From NCBI GenBank assembly GCA_964035545.1, contig OZ037768.1, positions 4,310,741 through 4,374,740 on the forward strand: a DNA stretch of 64,000 bases. The letters are read 5' to 3'. The position numbers were made by a program, and so were the translations under genes. Positions within the stretch are counted from its first letter, which is position 1. Each line of letters starts with the position of its first letter. The DNA is from Bugula neritina. Taxonomy: Eukaryota > Animalia > Bryozoa. The notes beneath the pieces were generated by a model. The model had not been told where the DNA came from. It did not search any database and saw nothing but the letters and a program-made list of their open reading frames with translations. Of this stretch, positions 1-12,441 are shown piece after piece.

Positions 1-2296
1 AGAAATATCTTGAGAATTTGATCCAAATTGCAAAAGAAGAGGTAAGTTGATATTAGTATCTAAATAGAAACTATGAGTAGTTCCTGTTGAGATATCAATG
101 TTGACTTGCAGCAGACAGTGTTTCTGAAGTAATATAATTCTGTAGCTGTGTATGTTGGACATGTAGCTCATGTCACACATGTCAGCCTGTAGCACAAGAC
201 ACTATAAGTAATTCATTATCATTTTTAGTGAAAGCACTGACAATAAAAAATATATAAAACTTGACCATTAAGTAATAATCATTGCTGTCAATGTATTATC
301 CCATGCAGATTTAGTACAGGCAGCTTTTTGGGTACCTCTACCACTTTGAGTACATAGGTACCAGCTAATCAGGCAGAGACTGTAAAACAAGTTAGCTTTA
401 TTTTTTTGCAAGAAAATTACTGATTACTTATTTATATGAAATAATTTGCAATTACAGCTACAAATGCGATAAATTTTGCCAATTTATCCATTTATTCATT
501 TTAACAACTAACAGGGCTTATTTATTCTTTTGTAAGAGCTTTATAAATATTTGTGATGGTAAATACTAAGATTGCAAATATGAACCCAATTGTTTTTTGC
601 AGATCGCATGCTTTGTGATGTTAGGAGACATATTTGAGATGTGGCTGGAAAAATTTGCTGAAGTTCCACCAGATAATGCTGCCAGAGTGCAGGACTGGAA
701 AGAATCCGCTTCAGTGCTTATCAATGCAATCGACAAACTTGTTTCAGAATGTGATGTTAAAGTCTTTTATGTCAGAGGAAATCATGATCGAGAAATAACA
801 GAGCAAGACGTCAAAACGATTTTTGGCGAGAAGGTATCATTTGTCCCGTGCACGCTCATTCTTAGACTCAAAACAGGAAGTGAAGTTGAACACCGAGTAC
901 GATTGGCCCACGGGCATGAATGGGATGTTTTCAACAGCTACATGTTGCAGGATTCTAACAAACTTATACCTAATAGACCTATCGGATATTACATCGCACG
1001 AGCTGTGTCCACAGCGGAGAGGCATGACAGTGGCTCCGAGGTAGAGGATTTACTAATCGGACTGGCTGGTGGTCTACTCAGCATGATTCCTAAAGCCTTA
1101 GAGGACGATCTTATTGATGTTTTACTCAGGCCAGAAGTTCACAGGAAGCTCATCGGGCGGTTGTTCGAGGGCGCTTTTGAAGTTGAAGACATCGACTTCC
1201 TCCTTCAAGCTAAATGTCGAGTCAGCGAAAATGAGTATGTGCGACTTCAGAGTCTCCTCGAATACCCTCTCTTTAGACTTTGCGGGTCAGAGGTAATGCC
1301 TTATTCATCTTTAAATAATTTAGCTTTAGCAAAGCTAAATGCATGAAAAGGTTATTTCACAAGTTCAGTAAAATTGAGTTTTATTTAATGCTGTGGAAAT
1401 CATCAGAATGATACAAAAATGCTCTACACATTGACTTCCATTTGAAGCATGTGATAAATTATGATTATATTAGCTTTAAGTAAATGATTCTTGAAAATTT
1501 TCACAAGTATATGATATGCATGCCAATATTTGGTGTAATATTTTTTGACTCATTGACTTTTATCTGCTTCTATTTATACAGTTTTCTGTTAGTATATATG
1601 CAGCATATGCGGAGGTATCATAGATTTACCAGTTTCACACAGCTTTATATTTATTAACTTTTTAACAACTTGTGTCTAAAAGCAGCTACTTTGACACTTC
1701 CTTTCAGTTTACTTCATGCACAAATATGGCCCTTCTTTGCAATTGTATAGTAACATTTCTACAGCAATGGATGCTTTTGTAAACGCTTTTTACAAACAAA
1801 TAAATTTTGTGTGAGCATGGTCATGTGAAATCAGCATCTTTATCAACCACATTTGTTACTAAAGGTTGGTAAACATGATGTCTTCCACATGATTAAAGCA
1901 TCTACTGGTGACTACAAGAAGTTTATAAGAAGAAGTGACGAAGATGTCGTTGTCTTAGCTCACACTCACAGGTGGGACTTGAGGAAATACAGGAACTACA
2001 AAGGAAACCAAGTCGTGTATGCCAACACAGGCTGCTGGACATGCAATGCTGAAGAGGTAAAACATGAAGATCATTGTATATATCAAAGGAACTGTTACCT
2101 TGTATTATAAAAAAAACTTGTTTGTTACTTTTGAACTGGCTTACAGTATTTTAGCAGCAAATCATATAAAACATCAATGCTGATTAACAGACTCATACAG
2201 ACACTCTTCTACTTGTAGTTCTCCTCAGTTGTTTTGGACCCGCCAACTGCAGACAAAGACGGGTTGGTCACCATAGACTATGGTAAAAATGAATAA
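1..2296 (+). CDS. Calcineurin-like metallophosphoesterase, LpxH/UDP-2,3-diacylglucosamine hydrolase-like motifs; 5' end lies outside the window
   Basis: Exons <1-41, 603-1292, 1865-2056, 2219-2296 (TAA) join in frame at GT-AG sites. Metallophosphoesterase motifs GDIFEMW, RGNHD, AHGH, LAHTH, YANTGCW. Confidence 0.8.
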
Positions 2297-2718
2297 GAAC
2301 TTCATTAGATCCTGCGCTTGCATTCAAAGACTTTCTATACATCAGATCCCATAATGATGCAAGCGTCTTGGCAATAACTGAAATTTCTCCAATATTTTGA
2401 TTTCAGTTTTTTTGGAACTTAAATTTTTATAAAGTTTAAGCTTTATTTTTTATACCGAAGAGTTTTTTATTTTGATTTTCAAATTTTTTAAGTAAATAAA
2501 ATTATCTTTACGAAGTTTTGAAGAACAAAGTCCATTGAAAAGCTTATTCATTTAATATACAACATATTATACATAATAGGCATATTTTTTCTTAGGCTTA
2601 ATTAAAAATGTTACTGATAATAGTTGTGCATGTAAAAGCACATTATTGCAAAAGGTACAACAGTGAGTGAAATAGCAGTGTATCAACAAAGCGAGACAAC
2701 TCCAATGAATAATGCTTC

Positions 2719-5700
2719 TCAGACGTTGCTGCCTGTGTTCCCTGGATGAGGCTCTTTATTGTCAAATAAAGTAGGCGCCATCAGCATGAGAGTCAATGTG
2801 CCCAAACAGCAGGCTATTGAGAATATCCACAGGAATAGTCTGTCCACAACCATAGCTACGTACTTCCAGTCTTCCATAACCTACATTAGAGGAAATAAAA
2901 CTACCAGCTTGCTATACCAATAAAATTATATCAATTATCATTAAATTAAATATATTCATAGAAAAATATATTTAATGACAAAAATTAAAATTCTTTGGTA
3001 AGTGCAATAACTAGAAGCATCCTTGCTATTTAAAACTTAAAAAGCTGCTTAAAATATTTTGAATTATTTTTTGTATTTCACTCTTTTTCCTAGCTGGTAA
3101 ATTATTTGCACCACTAACGTTGTATACAAGGCAGCATATCACATTGCCTTATAAAATATACAAAGCAATTTTGCCTTAAAAAACAGCTTGCCTTGCATAT
3201 TTTGCGACATTTCTGTACTATTTTCCGGTTAACCATATGTAAAAAGAGTTGAATCCAGGTACATTAAGAATTGTGTCCTTATTGTAACATGGAGTTGAAC
3301 TTAATGAGTTCCCCAAAATTTATGAGCAAACAAAACGCATTTACTGTTTAATCTGGCACAATATGAGCTACACAATGACATTCTGCTTACTTGACTTTTC
3401 AAATGCTTCTAACAAAATAACTTTACACAAGCAAGTTACACAGTATAGCTATATGACATAATTACATACAATATACTAGAAATACAATGCATTGAGTAAA
3501 CTATGGCAGGCTCACTTACTATGTTCTCTTCATGTTCTTCTTGCAAATGCTCTGCAATAAATTTGACACCATCAAGAGCTCTTTGTTCCCGTAGTGTCAA
3601 GCCATCATGTGATCCCGTCCCCGAATCCATGAATGGGGCAAACGGGTCACTTAATGTTTCTGTAGTTCTTCCTTCCGATAAAAGACTTTCCATCTCTATT
3701 CCATTTCCGGCAGAAAACTTTGTGCTGTACATTAAAAACTACAGACTAATTTGCAAAACAAACACATTATGGAAATGTTATGATTATTAGTCTATATACC
3801 ACTTTAAATGAAACAAATTGTAATGCAGTTGTTTTTATCAAATTAAACATTAATTTACTATGTTGTACACAATTTAAAGTTGTTTTCAAGTTATATATAA
3901 AATTTGGACAAAATAATATTTTGAGATATCTGTAAGCATTGTGGTTGACAGTAAAGCTATACAAACTTAAAATCAAAATGTATGAAATAAGTTGCAACTG
4001 GTCACTAGAATAGTGTAAATTTGAAAGTCAGCAATTTTAACACAGCAAGCTATTAGATCATTTTATTCACAAACTTAGTTATAACTTACATTAGAATACA
4101 TAACATTAAAGTACATATTTGCCTATATAAAGTGCTACATGTTTCCTTTATGCTACATACTATATTATTACACTAGCTAGTACATCTTTAGCTGTTGTTG
4201 CACTCACCTTTTAGGGAGACTGGTTGACATGCTCTTTCCCAACGGTTGCGATTTCTTCAATTTCTTTCCCAGTCTTTCCCTGATTCTTTGTCGATAATTT
4301 GGTCTTTTCATAAGCAAATACTTTGGTAGTTTATCAAGAAAGACAGTTTTCATCCACTCGGGCATATTATGTGTGCTCTTAGATCGATTGTGCAAGTTGA
4401 GAACACCAACAGTGATTACAACTGACAGTGTTACCAGAATCATAGTAAATAGAAGGTATTTCCCGATTAAGGGAATCACGAGCGACGTTGGTGGAATCAG
4501 CTCACTCAGTAGCAAGAAAAACACAGTCAATGAGAGCAAAATTGAGATACAAAGAGTTATCTTCTCTCCTGAGTCCGATGGCAAGTAGAAAACCAGGACA
4601 GTGAGAAAGGAAATGGCCACGCAAGGTATTATAAGATTTACTGTGTAAAATAATGTTTTCCTTCTGATAGTGAGACTGAATGTGACATCAGGGTATACTT
4701 GGATACAGCAAGGGTATTGTACTAGATGTCTTCTAGCTGGTACAGACATTATGTCCCATACGTATGAGGCTGAGTACTGACTCATGTCAATTGCCTCCTC
4801 GATGTCCACCTCTCCATCCACGTCTGCTTGAAACATGTGCTTCAAGTTGACTGTAAAGCAAGTCAATAAAATAGAAAAAAGACATCATAATTATCTGTAA
4901 TATTAGTAATAATTTTAGTCTTTTATTGCATTATTTAGTCATTATGCTATATTGTTGTAGATATAATAGTGTAGTAGAAATATTGAAAAAAAGTTATGTT
5001 GTGCTTCTAAACCAATTTTTAGACCGATAATTTATTTTGCTCTACACAAAAACAAGATGTCTGTAGTTTCAAAAATATCAACTGACAGTTACTGTCAGTT
5101 ACTGTCAGTTACTGTCAGTTACTGTTAGCTACTGTTAGTTACTGTTAGGCACTGTCAGTTTCAAACATCAGTAATAAAAATACATTTTTAGAATAATATA
5201 ACTCACTCTCTGTTTGAGTATAAGTCCATGAGCTGAATTTCATGTTACAAGTTTGCTCATCAAATGGGAAGAACTGAACATTAATCTCGCAGGCTGATTT
5301 GTAAATAGCTGGAGGTTCCCAGTGCACTCTGCCATCATGGTAGACTGTGGCCTTCGTTGAGAGAGTGATTTCAAAATTCCCATCTGCACTGCAATGCAAT
5401 TAAAAAGTGCACTATAGCATGCAAGCAATTAAAATTATAAATTTTTTTTTGAGTTAATTTTTTTTAACACTAGACTATTATAATTATAGTATATTTTGTA
5501 AATTAACTCCTATTATGGCATATTTAGTACTCAGGACTTCAACAGAAATTTTGCAGAAGTTTAAATTTTAAGAAAAGTGATATGGTTAAAGAAAATAAAG
5601 AAGTTAACTTAAATTCCAATCAGAATAAACTGCGATAAAGAGCATGTTTAAAGAACTGCCTTTCACTGAATCTATTATGTATATTATTTATAATATAAAA

Positions 5701-8068
5701 AGTTGTCTGCACATCCTTTAGGTATTTTATTTTTGACTCATTTCTATGTCAAACTTGACGCTAAAGAAAAGTTGCTTGTTTGAAGAAATCATACCCTAAC
5801 TTTCCCTTCCTTTAAAAGCCCTACACCAGTGTGTGAGTATATAAATTGTACATACTTGTTGTACAAAACAATATCAGGTTTCCAAATCTCTTCCGCGGGG
5901 ATGTAGAGACGGTCTACTCCCCCATAATCTTCCACATTCCATCTCAAGTAATGGTCTATCCACTCCTGTGTTAACCAAACATTTGTGGTCATCACCTGGT
6001 TCTTTTCATCCTAGAATTATATAGGCACATAGGCTATAACATATTATATGACAATATAGTCGCATAGGCTGTAACATATTATATGACTATATAGTCGCAT
6101 AGGCTGTAACATATTATATGACTATATAGTCGAATAGGCTGTAACATATTATATGACTATATAGTCGCATAGGCTGTAACATATTATATGACTATATAGT
6201 CGAATAGGCTGTAACATATTATATGACTATATAGTCGCATAGGCTGTAACATATTATATGACTATATAGTCGAATAGGCTGTAACATATTATATGACTAT
6301 ATAGTCGCATAGGCTGTAACATATTATATGACTGTATAGTCATATAATGTTATAACATTATACTACTATATAGTCATATATGTGTATAACACATGTATAG
6401 TATAGTATTACTTATGCAGCTAGTGCATGCATTATGTTACATATAGATTCTGTAACTTTTATGTGTGAAATCAACTCCTATAATGTTTCAAAATTGCACT
6501 AAATTAAAAGAAATTAACTCAACTGATAACTTGTGAGTAAAAAGCCTATTAATTATTCAAATGAAGTTGTTAGCAGATAATTAAGTGTTGAAAACTGTTT
6601 TCAGTTTACAATTGATTTTATGTTGTTTCTTCTTCATTAAATTCAACACTCTTTTGAATTTGCACCGGTTTTGTTTAAATAATTTATAAGCTTGTAAATG
6701 CATTTAGTTTAAATATCTCTAGATGTATATAAATGTAGATTATTTAACTTTTAAACAAACGGTGCTATCTCTGTATATTATATAAAAATGCCACTATAAA
6801 ATAATTGTGCGTATAATTACAGTATATAATAACTATATAATAACATCCAGAAATAGGTGGAGCTGTGTTATATAATATGTAAAGTAATAATGTAAACCAT
6901 TTTATATAGCATGATGCATTATACTGAAAAAGTCATTGCATATGTTGCTGTGTAACATATAGTTTTTCTTTTAATATCATTTTAAAATAGCCTGAATAAA
7001 CATAATATTGTAAAGATTTGAGTAAGCTGGCAACTTGTCAACCAGAAGTACTAATTGGGGGCTATGGGCAGACATTGCGCTGTAATTAAGGAACTTTCAA
7101 ATAGTTTTCTATACCTACACAGTTAAAAAGTATTAAATAAAATAATTTAGCCCATTAAAGTAAGAAAATTCAAAGCCTACATAGTAAGATTTTTAAACAA
7201 AATACAAAACAAATATGATAAAATATACATTGCATTACATAATTGTACACGTAATTTGTAAGGAAATATATTTCCCTTTGATCCAGTCAGAGTTAAAGCC
7301 GTGTAAACATTATACTATGATATCTAACAACTGTGATGGCATAGCTCACCACGCCGATCAGTTGGGAGAGTTTGAGTCCCAGTTTGACGTCTAGCCACTC
7401 TGAGCTGCTAGCCACTGGTCTGACGAGGTGTGAGTAGTTTGCCATCAGATTGCGATGAAGTCGCTTTGCGTGTTCATTTCCTTCAGCCAGCCATATCCAC
7501 ACAGCCAACACCACCATTGTCTTGTTTACTGAAAGAAAGATGATTGTGTGAAACAGACATGTCATTCTTTTTTAAATAAAGGTAGTAAACAGCGACTTGA
7601 ACAATTATGTATTCTAATTATATTGCTTTGTATGAATTTTAATTATTGCAAATAGAAAACATTATATTTTCTTGCAGTCTTGGTTTATTTTCTACTATTT
7701 ATTCTTTAGCCATTTTTAACTATTTGCACCATATAGCAGTCATAAGTAGCTAAAGCTGTCCCAGAATAGGCTTTTTAGGCCTTTCAGAAAAGGTTCTATA
7801 CAATATATTCCTCTTTGCAATATGTTTGCAAAAAGTCTCTTTAATTCAGCACTAGAAAATAAACTAATTTTATATAACTTTATGTTAGGAACATGAAAAT
7901 ATGCTTGTACTCAGTTTTTGTGAGTAGGTATACGTATCTATTATTGTAATAAATGCCCGGTATGAGTCATCATACAAACTATTTACTAGTTTAAATACAT
8001 ATTCTTTGTATTTGAAACAGAAATATTTAAAAGTAGATTATATACTTACATATACTAAGTTTCAACAT
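2719..8068 (-). CDS. Nicotinic acetylcholine receptor alpha subunit, cation-type (nAChR-1)
   Basis: Exons 8068-8050, 7528-7350, 6010-5856, 5388-5207, 4850-4208, 3724-3520, 2880-2719 (TGA) are all phase-compatible. Signal peptide, [13 protein letters not shown], Cys-loop [15 protein letters not shown], loop [17 protein letters not shown] before M2, M4 [17 protein letters not shown]. Confidence 0.93.
5081..5160. repeat. 10-nt tandem repeat (ACTGTCAGTT)n in an nAChR-1 intron
   Basis: About 8 visible copies. Confidence 0.9.
6027..6345. repeat. 35-nt minisatellite (CGCATAGGCTGTAACATATTATATGACTATATAGT), about 9 copies
   Basis: Direct tandem copies starting close to the acceptor at 6011. Confidence 0.93.
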
Positions 8069-9012
8069 TGCGCTATAACGTAGTATCTTCCAATCAAAGT
8101 GGTGGAACTATTGTTATTGAAGTAGTTTCATGCCAGCTGGTAATATTCTAACAACTATTAGCATAGCAAACAACTGTTAACCTTTTTCATAATGCTCTTA
8201 TTCATTGTTGTGTAATGTATACTTATATTAATCACAGTTAACACATATGTTGTGTTTCAAAATAAAGTTATGCTTGCTTTGTATAAAACCCGTGTATTGT
8301 GCTGCTAATTTGCTTTTGTTAGTCAATCAATTAGTCAGCCTAATAGGCAGCGAAAATATTTATTCTGCATACATTTTATAATTCTTCACTCAGCTTAATT
8401 GACAGCAACATAATAATCATGCAACTAATAGCCGCTACAATTGTATGATGGATTTCACATCACATTTAAGATTGAACATTATTGCTGCTGCATTACAAAC
8501 TTTATATAATATGTGTTTTATAACTTGTTGAGTTATTTAATGCAATAATTTAAAATTATTAATGTGCTACATAAACTAAAAGCTCAAAACTATTAGCACA
8601 ATAAATGTAAAAGTACCATCTAAAAATTGCTTTTTTAAAATTATGCATATACTATATAATATAGATATATTATATATATAATATAGATATATTATATATT
8701 TATATCTAGTTTGTACAAATTTCTCATCTTCACAATAATATTTTAAACATAGCGAAAACAAATAAATGTATTTTACAAGAAGTTACATATATAAAGCTTT
8801 AAGTGTAATAAACTATAAAGCATAAAACTAAATATATAATTGTTATCAAGTGTGATAAGAAACCATGTTTATACTAATTAACTTATCTACAGCTCCTAGC
8901 TTTATCAAATTTTGACATTTTTAGATCCCAAAATTTTTTAAAGTAGCTTCAGTGCATTTTTAAAAAAAGGTGAATATAGTTTTCCTTGATCTCTCAAATA
9001 TAATCGTGATGA

Positions 9013-11675
9013 TTAGACTATAGCTTTCCTACTATCTGGAGAGAGACCTTGTAACATGAGAGCTAATGTACCCACACAACACACAGCTGTAAATATCCAC
9101 AGGAATAATCTATCTACAACCATAGCCACGTATTGCCAATCTTCTATTACCTGTAAGGAAATAAATGAATACATTTATAAAGCCTGTGTGAGGTTTGCTA
9201 ATTGGTTGTTCAATAAATGAGTTCAACTTAATATAGCAGCTACAGGGCAGTCATTGCAGCAGCAAATCACTTTACAAAAGTGTTATCATCGCATTAATAG
9301 AAACCTTGGTTTATCAATAACCAAAAAATTGTGGTCAAATAATTTAACTTTTAAGGTATTTTTTATTATAAAATAACAAATACTTTATTATAAAATAACT
9401 AGGTAATACAAATATTATAGCATATTACATTATGTGGCATTGCACCATGTGAGTTTCAAAGGTTTACCTTATCATCTTCATCTTCCATCAGCATATAGTT
9501 AGCTATAAACTCAATACAATCCAATGCTTCCTGCTCTGCAGCAGAAAGTGGGCTCTTTACTATCCCATGATGGCCGTTTTCTCTGGTATTAGAGGAAACT
9601 CCATTTGTAAACTTCTTGTGCGAATACAAAGATTGGAGTTCTATACTTGCTGTGTGAGCTGATGTTTTTAATCTAAAAGGTAATAATGTGAATCTAACTG
9701 AAGCGTTATGAGTTTTTAAAAACAAGAGTTAAATGCAAATATTCTTATGTGAGCCAAAGTTCTTTCCAATTTAAGATAGTCATGTTGAAAATTGTTGGTT
9801 TTTAATTATAAATTTTTAGCAAACACATTTGGCACAGCCTGCTAGAATTTTTATACTCTAACTGCTCCTTGCCATACCTTTTACGTGAAGTTGCAGCCAA
9901 GCATCTCTGTCGTAGTTTCCACCTTTTTGTTGCCTCTCCATTTTCCCTTTTAGCATAGTTTGGTCTTTTAATAAGAAGATATTTTGGCAGCTTTTCAATA
10001 AGAACAGTTTTAATCCATTGAGGCATCACGTGTGTGCTGACGGAACGGTAATGCAGGTTGAGTACCCCAACTGTTATGACAATAGAGCAGGTAACCAGGA
10101 TGAGTGTGAACAAGAGGTACTTTCCTATCAGCGGAATTACCAAAGATGTTGGCGGAATGAGTTCGGCCAGCAGCAAATAAAACACAGTTAGAGCGAGAAG
10201 GATAGATATGGACAGAGTGACTCTTTCTCCCGAGTCGGATGGCAGGTAAAACACCAGTATTGTTAGAAGAGAGATACCAACACACGGTACTACTAGGTTG
10301 ACAGCGTAGAACAACGTTTTTCTTCTTATGGTTAGATGAAATGTCAAGTCAGCAATTGCTGGATAACCCTGCTCATGTATTATATTCTTTCTAGCTGGGA
10401 CAGCGAGCACATCCCAAACAAACAAAGGTTCGTATTCTGACATGTCAATGGCCACATCGATGTCTACTTGACCAGAGATGTTTCCCTTATCTAGATGTCT
10501 CAAGTCAACTGTGAAACAAAATAAAACTATGTTACAATAAATATCATGCATACCATATTACATGTATATGTATGTAAATCATATTTTATGCAATAGAATA
10601 CTTTTATGCTCCACAGTAAATTTCCCTCATGGCTTGAAACATATAAACTTAAGCCAATAACCCATTTATCTCAGATCTTACAAATTACACAGCTACAAGA
10701 AATATATTTGAACAATTACTATACCTTGTTCTTGAAAATATGTCCAAGAGCTAAACTTCATCTCGCAGGTTTGCTCATCGAAGGGGAAGTACTCAACGTC
10801 GATAGCGCATGAGGATTTATAGAGCGCAGGTAGCTCCCAGACTACTTTACCGTCAGGATACACTGTGGCTTTGGTGGAAGATGCTGCTTGAAAGTTGCCA
10901 TCAGCGCTACAAGTTTGAATATTATTTCAATAAAGATATCATTGCAGTTAGTGATTCTTTTGAACAAACCAAAGTGTCACGCACATATTATACTCATACA
11001 GCTTGTTATACCTGAAGTACTATAACTCACTTGTTGTACAACACAATATCTGGCTGCCAGATTTCTTCTGCTGGTAAATAGAGATGATCAACTCCGCCAT
11101 AGTCATCCTGATTCCATGTGAAGTATATATCCCGCCACTCCTGAACTAACCAGACGTTGGTCGTCATCACCTGATTTTGTTCATCCTAAAATTAGATTGA
11201 TGATTCTTCACATGTAATCATTGTAGCAGTTGTCAGGGTATAAAGAGGCTTTAAGTTCTTATATATAACAAAGCATAATGCAGCAAGAAAAATACTACTT
11301 TATAACATAATATGCCAATAAACATAAATTTTATTATATTTATTATTGCAAAGCTTTATAGCTAGTAGCTCTATAATATAAGCATGTTTTATGATTGTAT
11401 ATTGCATGATAGAAACATAATGAAATTTTGTTGAAGACATTGCTTTTTCTCGGCATCAAGATTTAAAATAGTCCTACTAACCACTCCCAGTAGCTGTGTC
11501 AGACGGAGTCCAAGTTTCACTGTGAGTGTCTCAGAATCATTATTCACTGGTCGTATCAACTTGTCATAATCTTCCATCAGATCTGTATATAACCTTTTAG
11601 CATGTTCATTTCCATTCACTTGTATTACAGCTGTCCAAAGGTGTAGGCAGAGTATACAAATCTTTATGGTAAAAC
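9013..11675 (-). CDS. Nicotinic acetylcholine receptor non-alpha (beta-type) subunit (nAChR-2), tandem paralog of nAChR-1; first exon unresolved (candidate 11847-11830)
   Basis: Exons 11675-11482, 11185-11031, 10906-10725, 10508-9878, 9672-9468, 9150-9013 (TAA). Cys-loop [15 protein letters not shown]. Loop C reads [11 protein letters not shown] with no vicinal CC. SDSGER before M2. Same intron positions and phases as nAChR-1. Confidence 0.9.
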
Positions 11676-12441
11676 CTACAAACAATATATATAGTAAAAG
11701 TATAATTAATTGTATGACTGTATGAAAATTAAATTAGGGTCTAAAGGTTTGTATTGCTAGCTTGCCAGTCATAATGTATATTCGTATGTTGCGCAAAAAC
11801 TGACATTTCAAGTTGTATTTTTAGCTTACATCGAAGTTTTTAAGCATATGCATCATTCTAAAATAAATATACTTTGAAAAAAATATTTATATTTCTTAAC
11901 TTGTAGTCACAGAGTTTTAACTTAGACTACAATACTATAAATATGTATTTTGTTTCAAACCAGAGAGAAAAATAACTTTTTCCAATTCAAAATAGTGACA
12001 CAGATTAACATTTGCAGTAAAGTATACTAGCAAATTTATCAAAATTTTGCCTTTTGTAAGTTTGTCAGCTGGGAAAATATATAAGGCCATAAAACACATA
12101 TAATATGCGACTATAAAATTGGTTATAAATGTAATCTTGAAATATGAGTACATTATAAAGTTAATAAATAGAAATTAAAATTAATTAAAGTCAGACAATA
12201 AGAATTTAGAAATAGAAACTTGTAGGTTTTATTAATATAAAAACGGTTTTGCTCAGAATTTTGTTAAGCAGCATATATAATATTTTAATCATCATCACAT
12301 ATTATCAATTAAAAATATATTCAAAATCATTTTAAAAATGTTCAACAATTACAAATATTTATCTGTTTAGATCACAAATATTTCATCTTTCACTTTCAAA
12401 AGATTGGTTTTACTGTCAAACAACAATTATAGACATCAGGT

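Noticed and set aside
6027-6345. 35-nt repeat array as a possible CRISPR array
   Set aside because: Head-to-tail copies with no unique spacers, inside a eukaryotic intron, with no cas genes.
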